Below, piece after piece: positions 26,508 through 35,308 of a stretch of 64,000 bases of DNA; within the stretch, counting starts at the first letter, position 1; every line of letters starts with the position of its first letter. The notes under the pieces are model-generated. The model was not told the DNA's origin and made no database searches. It saw nothing but the letters and a program-made list of their open reading frames with translations. The stretch comes from Candidatus Peregrinibacteria bacterium (GTDB taxonomy: Bacteria; Patescibacteriota; Gracilibacteria; CAIRYL01; GCA-016699755). The stretch is from NCBI GenBank assembly GCA_016699755.1, contig CP065009.1, forward strand, positions 84,937 to 148,936, written 5' to 3'. The position numbers were made by a program, and so were the translations under genes.

Positions 26508-27758
26508 TTATTCTTCCGAAAAAAGTGTTTCTGGCTCACCTTCCGCTTCTTCGCTCGGAAGCTCTAAACTAGGAACAGTGAGAAGTGAGGAGCCGACAAT
26601 TCCTTGAATATCTCCATAGAGTCCAGAAGTACTTATTACTACTCGCTCAATCTCTTTTTCTCGTTTTTTCCAGAGACGCTCTATAGATCGTCGTTCTGTT
26701 TCTAAATCTGCTTTCATGCCTACAAAAGCGGAGACAATATTTTCGATGCGTCCTCGAAATTCGTTTCCGGTTAAGTATTGGTAGAGAAATTCCATTTTTT
26801 CTCCTTTTCCGATAAGTGATTGTTGTGCCTTTTTTATTTCTGATAAATGGTATCGTAGGGTGCTTACTAAAGGGAGTGCATAAGGAAAGCCACACACCCA
26901 TATACCATCCATCATCCCAAAGTTTTCAATTCCTTCAGGAAGAGTTTGTGAGACAAGAATGCACACATCCGCTTTTACCCGACCCCGATCATCTTTGAGT
27001 TTTGGAATCCAATCATTTCCCCAAGATTTTGTGCTCTTGCTTTCCCATAAAATGATTCCTGATTCCTGTCCTGTAGAGTTTCGAACGGTTTGCACGACAT
27101 CTCCTCCACGAATACCAGTGGGAACATCTGCAATGGTATCGATAGGAAAGGCATTTTGGAGAATGTTTTTGAGATTTATTTCTTGTGCATCGCCCTGAAC
27201 TTGCATAGATCCCTGTTCACTTTTCCTCTTGAGCTCTTCAATGGTTTTTCGCATTTGCTCCATTTGTGTGTCCTTTTCGAGTATTTTTTTCCCTATCTCC
27301 TCATGTGCGTTTTTTTGAGCAACCTCTACAATTCGTTTTCGTTCTTCGTCTATTTTTCGTTCCATTTCGAGTGTCATATTTTTTTCTCGCTCTTCTATTT
27401 CTCTCTTTTGTTTTCTCAGTTCTAATTCTTGGGCGCGCATAGTTTCTAGGGTTTTTTTGCGATCCTCATTTTCTCGTTTTAGGTCTTCCATCTCGGTGAG
27501 AAGTTTTTCGTTCGCCGCTTTTTGTGCCTTATCCCAGAGTTTTACTTTTTCTTCATGAAGTCGTTTTTCGTACGCTTGTTCTGCTTGTTTTTCGCGTTGT
27601 GTAAAGAGTTCTTCTCGTTTTTGGAATTCTATTTCCTGTTTTTTGAGTTCTTGTTCCAAATCCGCTTTGACGTGTTTGCGAATATCACTGGTAAGAGCAT
27701 CGGTGAGCGGAATGCTTGTTCCGCAAGAAGGACAGGTAATACGGGTAGAATCGGTCAT
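26508..27758 (-). CDS. DUF2130-like protein (Zn-ribbon, long coiled coil, C-terminal nuclease-like domain)
   Basis: Start placed at the in-frame ATG at 27758 (MTDSTRITCPSCGTSIPL), because the track start at 27986 overlaps the upstream gene. A long coiled coil is followed by GGDVVQTV...ILWESKSTKSW. The family name is from memory. Confidence 0.5.
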   Translation of the reverse strand: MTDSTRITCPSCGTSIPLTDALTSDIRKHVKADLEQELKKQEIEFQKREELFTQREKQAEQAYEKRLHEEKVKLWDKAQKAANEKLLTEMEDLKRENEDRKKTLETMRAQELELRKQKREIEEREKNMTLEMERKIDEERKRIVEVAQKNAHEEIGKKILEKDTQMEQMRKTIEELKRKSEQGSMQVQGDAQEINLKNILQNAFPIDTIADVPTGIRGGDVVQTVRNSTGQESGIILWESKSTKSWGNDWIPKLKDDRGRVKADVCILVSQTLPEGIENFGMMDGIWVCGFPYALPLVSTLRYHLSEIKKAQQSLIGKGEKMEFLYQYLTGNEFRGRIENIVSAFVGMKADLETERRSIERLWKKREKEIERVVISTSGLYGDIQGIVGSSLLTVPSLELPSEEAEGEPETLFSEE

Positions 27759-27891
27759 ACAGGGTGAGAATTTCTTTGAAAGTGTATCAGAATCTTCTTC
27801 GCAGTACACGGTTTCAGTATTTTGGATGACACAAAAAAATCCCAGCATTTCTGCTGGGATTCCCCCCATTCCCATGATTTTGTGTGAGAAA

Positions 27892-28377
27892 TTACGATTG
27901 CACTTCTGTTGACGATTCCTCTTCTTGGTCTTGCCATTTTCCGTGGCATCCACCATGTCCTCCACCACGTTTTCCGCGATGTCCAAATTCAGGTCCTCTT
28001 CCGTCTTCAGTGTGTGCCTGAATTTCTTTCACGATTTCAGGGTCATCAGACGTAATGGTGATTTTAATACCATTTTCAATGTTTTCCTGTGTTCTTGCGA
28101 CATTGTCTCTTCGTGGTTCTTTTGATTCCTTCGACTGAAGCATAGTAACTGCTTCTTGATTGTCGGATGTCATAGTAATGACAACGCCATTTTCGATATT
28201 TTCGGTGGTTCGAGTAATGCTATCATGGAGTTCACGAATTTGCTCAAATTGTGCACGGTTGAAGTTCCCATTGTTTTCGTTTCCAACGAATGCACCTGAA
28301 GGAGAAGCGAGCGCAATAGTCATCATGAGTGCCCCGATGGCAATAGTTCCGCCGGCAGAGATAGTCTTGATGTTCAT
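27892..28377 (-). CDS. secreted protein with an internal duplicated motif and a His/Gly-rich tail
   Basis: Signal peptide (MNIKTISAGGTIAIGALMMTIALA). TTENIENGVVITMTSDNQEAVTMLQ and TQENIENGIKITITSDDPEIVKEIQ are repeats of each other. Tail: GHRGKRGGGHGGCHGKW. Confidence 0.5.
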   Translation of the reverse strand: MNIKTISAGGTIAIGALMMTIALASPSGAFVGNENNGNFNRAQFEQIRELHDSITRTTENIENGVVITMTSDNQEAVTMLQSKESKEPRRDNVARTQENIENGIKITITSDDPEIVKEIQAHTEDGRGPEFGHRGKRGGGHGGCHGKWQDQEEESSTEVQS

Positions 28378-28396
28378 GTTTTATAGAAAAAAGAAA

Positions 28397-28416
28397 AGTG
28401 GATGACGTCGTCCACT
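28397..28416 (-). promoter_or_regulatory. 20-bp near-palindrome (agtggatgacgtcgtccact)
   Basis: It lies 20 nt upstream of the 28377 start codon. On the minus strand it is followed by a T-rich run. It could be a terminator downstream of the tRNA fragment or an operator. Confidence 0.3.
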
Positions 28417-28543
28417 CTTTAATACTAAGTATATTTTTTTTTCTTTCAGTTTTTTTTGTTTTTTTTCCAAGAATGGGAAAAAGGGGTAATTCACCGCACA
28501 CTTTTCTTGAGGAGAAATTTATTTGCTACGTTTATAGTGGCGC

Positions 28544-28575
28544 GTTATGAATCCCGCGCTCTTACCGACTGAGCT
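28544..28575 (-). repeat. 32-nt fragment of the tRNA(CAT) gene (tRNA positions ~9-39); putative att-type direct repeat
   Basis: gttatgaatcccgcgctcttaccgactgagct is identical to 38337..38368 in the same orientation. The flanks on both sides differ, and no T-arm or acceptor sequence is present. Confidence 0.85.
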
Positions 28576-28843
28576 GTCACTTCTAAAAAACCGAATACTC
28601 CTCTTTACATTCGGATTGGTAAAACAGGGCAGAGAGGATACAAAGGAATCTTTTGCTTTCGCTTTGCCGTTGATTTCAAGCGAAAGAGTTATATTGCAGA
28701 AAACAAAGGAGGGAAAAACTACACGGAAGAAGTTATTTTAGTAGAAAAGAAGAATCCCTTTTCAAGTGCCATTTCTGATTCTTTGGATTATAGAGAAAAG
28801 AAGGGGCTGGAATATCCCTATACAAAAGAGGAAGAAAAGATAC

Positions 28844-28874
28844 AAGAATCTCAAATGATTTCGGTTTGAAAATG
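28844..28874 (+). promoter_or_regulatory. conserved leader motif, copy A (aagaatctcaaatgatttcggtt + aaaATGact)
   Basis: The 23-nt core is identical to 35278..35300. It contains a mini-ORF, ATG ATT TCG GTT TGA, that ends 2 nt before the main ATG at 28872. Confidence 0.5.
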
Positions 28875-29453
28875 ACTCGATATTTTTTCAATACAAAGGC
28901 AACCATTGAGCAATGCAAAAGCATTTCCGTTGTAAAAATGAAGCAATGGGGATTTTTCAATGAGAAAGAAGGTTTTCGGAGTGGTTCTTTTGCTTGGGGG
29001 GATGATCAAAATAAAACAAGCGTGGGATATTCTTTTGCTTTATCGGAAAAAGAACTTCGTCTTCAGTACAGTTTTACAAATGATCTTAATGATCCAAAAG
29101 CGAAACAGGACTACAAAATACGCCTCAGCACTACCCCATGCCGTTATGGTGGGGTTCGGCATTGGATGCACTGCCCGAAGTGTGAAAGAAGAGTGGGGAA
29201 ACTTTATCTTGCGGGAAAGTATGTTTTCGCTTGTCGGCAGTGTTGGAACTTAACTTATGATATTTGCAACGCTTCAGGGTTTGAACGCATTTCAGGAAAA
29301 TGCCTTTCTTATAATGAAATTGATGAAGGGTTTGCAGGTCTCAAAAGATGGTATTACAGAGGAAAAGAGACGAAAAAACACAAAAGACTTTTAAGGCATT
29401 CGGAAAAAGGAGATCGAGCTTTTTTTCTTTTCGGAATAAAATATTGTAAATAA
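28872..29453 (+). CDS. hypothetical protein with a CxxC...CxxC zinc ribbon
   Basis: The ATG at 28872 was chosen by analogy with the second leader copy. RLSTTPCRYGGVRHWMHCPKCERRVGKLYLAGKYVFACRQCWNLTY. I recognised no family. Confidence 0.45.
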   Translation: MTRYFFNTKATIEQCKSISVVKMKQWGFFNEKEGFRSGSFAWGDDQNKTSVGYSFALSEKELRLQYSFTNDLNDPKAKQDYKIRLSTTPCRYGGVRHWMHCPKCERRVGKLYLAGKYVFACRQCWNLTYDICNASGFERISGKCLSYNEIDEGFAGLKRWYYRGKETKKHKRLLRHSEKGDRAFFLFGIKYCK

Positions 29454-29766
29454 TGGCGGTTTCTTGTCCGTCTCAATTCAGCACGCCGCCAGCGAGTGTA
29501 AGCCCCTCTCAAATTCCAGAAAAACAAAATCAAAGCAAAAGCCAGAGAAGAAGAGCAAAGGGGCGTCACTTTATACAACTTATATTCGTGCAAAGTCTCC
29601 CTTATTCTTTCAGGATTTTTGAGAAATTTCTTTATTTGTGGGTTTTTCTTTATTTTCAGAAAAAAGACTTCTGCACAATATCAGTTGTGTAAAAGCGGGT
29701 TTTACAGAGTGATCAAGGATTGGGGGTGGAATTTTTTCTTTTCTCTCGCATGAAAGGAACAAAAAA

Positions 29767-29807
29767 CCGCCCGTAACTGTACCGAGACAGTGCAGGGCGG
29801 TTTTTTT
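29767..29807 (+). terminator. Rho-independent terminator
   Basis: ccgccc-(22 nt with an inner ctgt/acag pairing)-gggcgg followed by ttttttt. A preceding aaaaaa run means it could act in both directions. Confidence 0.6.
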
Positions 29808-29911
29808 GTGGGACTTTCTGAAATGAATGAGGTTTTTTGAAGGAAAAAAAGAAAGATTTTCTCATTTTTTTTCTTTGTGTACAATTCTATGGAAAGGATT
29901 TCCCCATCACC

Positions 29912-31783
29912 ATGAAAAATACGCTTTTTGCTTTGCTTCAAAGTGTTTTAAAAAAAGATGACCGATTTTTTGCAGAAGATCGTTTTCTCAAAAATCAAGT
30001 TATTGAGTATGCTCATAAATATGATGAGCATTTAATAAAATTACTTCTTTCAAATGAAGAAATAAAAGGTTTTTTCTTTAAAGAAATTGAAAAGGCTTTA
30101 ATTTTTAATAAAGACCTTTTTGTAAAATTTGTTTCCAATAAAGAATTTTTACCAGATTCATATACGAGCTTTCGGAACAAAGTGGGCTTGGCGTGTGATG
30201 AAGAAAGCTACATAAAAGAAGTAAAGGATGTTTCACTTGTTTTTCCTTTCAAGGATTGTGTTCTTGAAGGAGGACAAACAAAAGAGGATCAATCACGACA
30301 AGAAGTTTTTCATAATCATATTCTTTCTCCTGATGAAATTTCGGTCCTTTTAAAACCAAAGGTTTTGACGAAATTCAAGAAATGGGACAAGGACGGAGCG
30401 CATGAGGATTTTGAAATAACAGAGAAGGACAATTGGATTATCAAAGGAAATAATTTGTTGGTTTTGCATAGTCTCAAGGAGCGTTTTGTGGGAAAGGTAA
30501 AACTTATTTATATTGATCCACCCTACAATACGGGAAATGATTCTTTCAAATACAATGACCGTTTTAATCATGCTTCATGGCTTGTGTTTATGAAGAATCG
30601 TTTGGAGGTGGCGAAAGAGCTTTTGAGAGAGGATGGAAGTATTTTTATTTCAATTGATGATAGCGAATTTGCTTATCTCAAAATTCTTTGTGACGAAATA
30701 TTTGGACAAGAAAATTTTTTGGCAGATATTATTTGGAACTCCACTAAGTCTGTTACGAACACAGCTATTATTTCCGAATCTCATAATCACACACTCGTAT
30801 TTTTCAAGAAAAAAGAATACTTTGTAAAAAATAGAACTGAATTTCGATTGTCTGAAGATGGCGAAGGATTTTCCAACCCTGATAATGATCCAAGGGGTCC
30901 ATGGAAGGCAGACCCATTTCAGGTTGGTGGTTGGAGACCAAATCAGCAATATGAAGTTAAAAATCCAAATACTGGAGAAATATACAAGCCAAATGAGGGG
31001 TGTAGTTGGAAAAATGATTTTCAAAAATTTCAAGAATTAGAAAAAGATGGTCGCATTGTTTTTGGTACTACTGGAGAAGCAGGACCACAAAGAAAAAGAT
31101 TTCTTTCGGAAGCACTTGAAAGAGGAAAAGTTTCTAAGACAATATGGGATGATGTCGGAACCACGACAGAAGGGACAGGGGAATTAAAAAAACTTGGATT
31201 AGGAGGACTTTTTACTTCTCCAAAACCAGAAAAACTTCTTCAAAGAATTATTGAGCTTTCAACCAAAGAAAATGATCTTGTTCTCGACTTCTTTTCTGGA
31301 AGCGGAACAACCCTTGCTGTCGCTCATAAAATGGGGAGACAATATATCGGGGTGGAACAAATGGATTATATAAAAGACCTTCCAGAAGCACGCCTTCGAA
31401 AGGTCATTGAAGGAGAACAAGGAGGAATTTCAAAAGCGGTTAATTGGCAAGGAGGAGGAAGTTTTATTTATGCAGAACTTTTTGAATGGAATGCGGAATA
31501 TGCCAGAAAAATTCAAGAAACAAAGAACTCAAAAGAACTTTTGAAACTTTGGGAAGAAATGAAGGAAAAACGGCTTTCTTTTTTGAGTGGATATTTAGAA
31601 GTGAAAAAGTTCAATGAAAATATGAAGCATTTTGAAGAATTTTCATTAGAGGAGCAAAAGGCACTTCTTATGGAATCTCTTAATCATAATTTTCTCTATA
31701 TCCCTATTTCAGAAATAGAAGATTCGGAGTATCAGATTTCAGAAGAGGACAAGAAAAAGAACTCTCAATTTTATCAAAAATAA
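29912..31783 (+). CDS. mod: type III restriction-modification methyltransferase (Mod, beta-class N6A/N4C MTase)
   Basis: In-frame ATG at 29912. Motif IV (IYIDPPYNTGND) precedes motif I (VLDFFSGSGTTLAVAHKMGRQYIGVE). The gene lies 2 nt upstream of res. Confidence 0.85.
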   Translation: MKNTLFALLQSVLKKDDRFFAEDRFLKNQVIEYAHKYDEHLIKLLLSNEEIKGFFFKEIEKALIFNKDLFVKFVSNKEFLPDSYTSFRNKVGLACDEESYIKEVKDVSLVFPFKDCVLEGGQTKEDQSRQEVFHNHILSPDEISVLLKPKVLTKFKKWDKDGAHEDFEITEKDNWIIKGNNLLVLHSLKERFVGKVKLIYIDPPYNTGNDSFKYNDRFNHASWLVFMKNRLEVAKELLREDGSIFISIDDSEFAYLKILCDEIFGQENFLADIIWNSTKSVTNTAIISESHNHTLVFFKKKEYFVKNRTEFRLSEDGEGFSNPDNDPRGPWKADPFQVGGWRPNQQYEVKNPNTGEIYKPNEGCSWKNDFQKFQELEKDGRIVFGTTGEAGPQRKRFLSEALERGKVSKTIWDDVGTTTEGTGELKKLGLGGLFTSPKPEKLLQRIIELSTKENDLVLDFFSGSGTTLAVAHKMGRQYIGVEQMDYIKDLPEARLRKVIEGEQGGISKAVNWQGGGSFIYAELFEWNAEYARKIQETKNSKELLKLWEEMKEKRLSFLSGYLEVKKFNENMKHFEEFSLEEQKALLMESLNHNFLYIPISEIEDSEYQISEEDKKKNSQFYQK

Positions 31784-31785
31784 AA

Positions 31786-34374
31786 ATGCTTTTTGAGCAA
31801 TTTGACGGCACTTTGGCAACTCTTGGAAAGAACTTTTTTAAAGAAAAAGTTCCTGAATACATTGTCAAAAATTTGAATTCAAAGTTTGAGCTTCGAGAAT
31901 ATCAAAAAGAAGCGATTGGAAGACTCTCTTTTTATCTCAATGATTATCCAGAAAAGACTGAACCGACCCACCTTCTCTTTAATATGGCTACGGGAAGCGG
32001 AAAAACGCTTATAATGGCATCATCTCTTCTTTTTTTATATGAACAAGGGTATCGGAACTTTATTTTTTTTGTGAATAGCACGAACATTATTAAAAAGACA
32101 CAAGATAACTTTCTCAATTCCCAAAGCTCTAAATACCTCTTCTCACAAAAGATTGAGCAGAGCGGAAAAGAAATTACCATTCGAGAAGTAGAAAATTTTG
32201 AAAGCGCAAATTCAGAAAACATTAATATTGTTTTTACGACTATTCAAGGGCTTCATCGCCAATTGAATGAACCACGAGAAAATGCCCTTACTTATGAAGA
32301 CTTTGAAGAGCAAAAAATTGTTCTCATTTCAGATGAAGCACACCATATAAACGCCTTCACGAAAAAAGGAAAACTTCAAAAAACAGAAGAGGAAGAAAAA
32401 GCTTCATGGGAAGGAACCGTGCGGAGAATTTTTGAGGCAGACCCTCGCAATATCCTTTTAGAATTTACCGCAACTATTGACCTGAGAAACGACGAAATTT
32501 TAAAAAAATACGAAGATAAAATTCTCTTTCGCTATGATCTCAAGAAATTTCGAGAAGAGCTCTTTTCCAAAGAAATTGAGATTTTACAAGGGGACTTAGA
32601 ACCCATTGACCGAGCTTTGCAAGCGGTCGTTTTGAGCCATTACCGAAGAAAAGTAGCAGAAAAAAATGGAATTTTTTGTAAGCCCGTTGTTTTGATGAAG
32701 GCAAAGGATATTAAGGCTTCAGAGTCTTTTGAAGAAGAATTTTCCGTAAAAATAAAAGCTCTCAAAATTTCTGATCTAAAAGCGATTCAAAGCAGAGACA
32801 ATAGAACCATTCAAAAAGCCTTTGCATATTTTGAAGCCAATGATATTTCTTTGGAAAATCTTTTAAGTGAGATACAAGAAGAGTTCGGAAAAGAGCGGTG
32901 TGTTTCCGTAAATTCAAAAAATGAAAGTGAGGAAAAACAGCTTCTTGTCAATTCGCTTGAAGATCAAAACAACGAAATTCGAGTGGTCTTTGCCGTGGAC
33001 AAGCTCAATGAAGGGTGGGATGTTCTCAATCTCTTTGATATTGTTCGACTCTATGAAACGCGAGACAGCGGAAAACAAATCGGAAAAACAACCATGGCAG
33101 AAGCGCAACTCATTGGACGCGGAGCAAGATATTTTCCTTTTCAGAGAAAAGGAACAGAAGAAGATCGATTTAAGAGAAAATTTGATGAAGACATAAGAGA
33201 GGAGCTTCGTATCCTTGAACAGCTTTATTATCACAGCAAGGATGATAGCAAATATATTTCTGAGCTCAATCGAGCACTTATTGAAATTGGGATAAAGTCA
33301 GAACGAGCAAAGGAATTTTATTTAAATATCAAAGAGGATTTTCAAAAGGGACCATTTTGGAACTCTGGCGTTATTTTTACCAATCAAAGAGTAGAAAATG
33401 GATCAAAAGACATTTCTTCTTTTGCAGATGCAAAAATCCCAAAAGACTTTGAATATACTCTGCGGACAGAAGGAATGAATGAAGAAGAAGTTTTTTCCAA
33501 TAAATTGGAAATGAAAAAGGATATAGCAACACAAATAAAATCTTTTGATCTCTTGGATTTTGAAGAAAATCTTTTACGAAGTATTTTGGGAAAATACAGT
33601 TTTTTTTCTTATAAAAATCTCAAGAGCCGATATTTGGGAAACATAGGCTCTTTGAACGAATTTCTTTTTTCTGAAAAGTATTTGGGCGGTGTACGAATAA
33701 AAATCACGGGGAGAAGTGAAAAATTGTTAAATTTAACCATCCGAGAAAAGAAAAAAGCATTGCATCATGTTCTTCAAAAAATAGAATCTCATCTCAAAAC
33801 AAATACACCAGAATATATTGGAACCAATCTTTTTCGAGCCAAACAAGTAAAAGATGTTTTTAAAGACAAAGTTTTGAGACTGGACGCCGAAAGTGAGCGA
33901 GCGCAATTTATGGAAAATTTTGATTTTCATGCTTGCGACTGGTACGCACAAACAGAGCTTCATGGAACAAGTGAAGAAGAGGCACTTTTACTCTTTATCC
34001 AGAGTTTTATTGATGAACTCAAAAAAAAATACGAAGGGGTGTATTTGGTCCGAAATGAGCGATTTTTCACTCTTTATACTTTTTCAGAAGGAAGAGCCTT
34101 TGAGCCTGATTTTATTCTTTTTTTAGAAGATAAAAGCCAAGAAAAAAAAGTTCAAGCGTATCAAATTTTCATTGAACCAAAAGGAAAGCATTTGATAAAA
34201 GAAGATCAGTGGAAAGAAGACTTTTTGAAAGAAATTGAAGAAAACTATGAGGTGGACTATAAAACTGAAACAAAAGATTTTAAACTAATAGGATTGCCAT
34301 TTTTTAATAAAGAACAAGAAAAACATACTCATGAATTTGAAAATACTATAAGAGAACAGCTTTCTTTGTTTTAA
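31786..34374 (+). CDS. res: type III restriction enzyme Res subunit (SF2 helicase plus PD-ExK nuclease)
   Basis: REYQKEAI, Walker A (MATGSGKT), DEAH (LISDEAHH), and a C-terminal EPDF...IEPKG nuclease motif. Confidence 0.85.
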   Translation: MLFEQFDGTLATLGKNFFKEKVPEYIVKNLNSKFELREYQKEAIGRLSFYLNDYPEKTEPTHLLFNMATGSGKTLIMASSLLFLYEQGYRNFIFFVNSTNIIKKTQDNFLNSQSSKYLFSQKIEQSGKEITIREVENFESANSENINIVFTTIQGLHRQLNEPRENALTYEDFEEQKIVLISDEAHHINAFTKKGKLQKTEEEEKASWEGTVRRIFEADPRNILLEFTATIDLRNDEILKKYEDKILFRYDLKKFREELFSKEIEILQGDLEPIDRALQAVVLSHYRRKVAEKNGIFCKPVVLMKAKDIKASESFEEEFSVKIKALKISDLKAIQSRDNRTIQKAFAYFEANDISLENLLSEIQEEFGKERCVSVNSKNESEEKQLLVNSLEDQNNEIRVVFAVDKLNEGWDVLNLFDIVRLYETRDSGKQIGKTTMAEAQLIGRGARYFPFQRKGTEEDRFKRKFDEDIREELRILEQLYYHSKDDSKYISELNRALIEIGIKSERAKEFYLNIKEDFQKGPFWNSGVIFTNQRVENGSKDISSFADAKIPKDFEYTLRTEGMNEEEVFSNKLEMKKDIATQIKSFDLLDFEENLLRSILGKYSFFSYKNLKSRYLGNIGSLNEFLFSEKYLGGVRIKITGRSEKLLNLTIREKKKALHHVLQKIESHLKTNTPEYIGTNLFRAKQVKDVFKDKVLRLDAESERAQFMENFDFHACDWYAQTELHGTSEEEALLLFIQSFIDELKKKYEGVYLVRNERFFTLYTFSEGRAFEPDFILFLEDKSQEKKVQAYQIFIEPKGKHLIKEDQWKEDFLKEIEENYEVDYKTETKDFKLIGLPFFNKEQEKHTHEFENTIREQLSLF

Positions 34375-34378
34375 GATA

Positions 34379-34876
34379 ATGACTACAGCAAATTATGACA
34401 ATGCAAAATCAAAGGCACTTGATCTTCTCAGGCTCTATGATATTCAAGAACCGATTGTTCCTGTTTTTGATATTGCGAAACAAGAAGGACTCAAAATTTC
34501 TTTTTTTACTCCAGAATCAGCAGAACTCAAAGAAATTTCGGGTATACTTCAAGAAGACACCAAAACAATATTTATCAATTCCAGTGACTCTCCTCAAAGA
34601 CAAGTTTTTACCGTTGCTCATGAGCTGGGGCATTGGACAATGAAACACAAAAGAAAAGATGAAGTTCTCTATCGAATGAGTAGTATTATTACAAAAGACC
34701 CCCAAGAACAAGAAGCAAATTGCTTTGCCAGTCATCTCTTGGTCCCAAAGGAATTTTTAGAAAAAAAGATAAATGAATTTAGCCTTAATATAAATGATAC
34801 TGCTATTCTGGCAAAGCTCTTTGGAGTCTCCGAAGAAATGATTCAATACCGTATAAAATCATTTTCCTATGAGTAA
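34379..34876 (+). CDS. ImmA/IrrE-family zinc metallopeptidase (DUF955/COG2856-like)
   Basis: HEXXH motif (VAHELGHWTMKH), a downstream EQEANCFASHLLVP, and a small 165-aa size. No HTH domain and no adjacent Xre gene. Confidence 0.8.
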   Translation: MTTANYDNAKSKALDLLRLYDIQEPIVPVFDIAKQEGLKISFFTPESAELKEISGILQEDTKTIFINSSDSPQRQVFTVAHELGHWTMKHKRKDEVLYRMSSIITKDPQEQEANCFASHLLVPKEFLEKKINEFSLNINDTAILAKLFGVSEEMIQYRIKSFSYE

Positions 34877-35279
34877 AGATAATTTCAAAAAAATATTGGA
34901 GAAGGTGATGGAATCAATTTCTCTTTCTGATGAGAAAAATATTACCTTGGGTTTGAATGATGAAAGAAAAAAAGTTGAGAAAGAAAAAACAATTATCGAA
35001 AGTTTAGAAAAAGAAAAACAAAAAAAAGAACAGGAAATAAGACACCAAGAAAGAAAGGATGTTCTCGATATGAGAAAAATATGGTCAATTTGGCTTTTAC
35101 GCCTTATTTGGCTTATTGCTCTTTTTGATATGGGCATTGTTCTTGGGTATGGTTTCCAATATCTTACTTTTGACAATGAAAGTTTTGTAGCAATTATTAT
35201 AGGGGAAAATCTCTTAAAAATTGCAGGATTGGCTTTTATAGTCGTCAAATTCTTATTTAATGGGAAAAGTACAAAGTAA
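34869..35279 (+). CDS. hypothetical coiled-coil protein with two C-terminal TM helices
   Basis: 136-aa ORF overlapping the ImmA-like gene by 8 nt. Lys/Glu-rich N-terminal half, then IWSIWLLRLIWLIALFDMGIVLGYGF and FVAIIIGENLLKIAGLAFIVVKFLF. Confidence 0.5.
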   Translation: MSKDNFKKILEKVMESISLSDEKNITLGLNDERKKVEKEKTIIESLEKEKQKKEQEIRHQERKDVLDMRKIWSIWLLRLIWLIALFDMGIVLGYGFQYLTFDNESFVAIIIGENLLKIAGLAFIVVKFLFNGKSTK

Positions 35280-35308
35280 GAATCTCAAATGATTTCGGTT
35301 AAAAAATG
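35278..35308 (+). promoter_or_regulatory. conserved leader motif, copy B
   Basis: It has the same 23-nt core as 28844..28866. The mini-ORF ATG ATT TCG GTT AAA AAA TGA has a stop that overlaps the main ATG at 35306 (ATGA). Confidence 0.5.

Noticed and set aside
28544-28575. The left tRNA-like segment as a second functional tRNA gene.
   Set aside because: Only tRNA positions ~9-39 are present. The acceptor stem, T-arm and 3' end are missing, so it cannot fold as a tRNA.
29454-29766. A spacer of about 310 nt between the Zn-ribbon gene and the terminator, as a possible small RNA or additional att site.
   Set aside because: I could find no convincing conserved structure, repeat or promoter. The ORFs here (29453..29692 +, 29354..29593 -) look spurious. 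It remains unexplained but unsupported.
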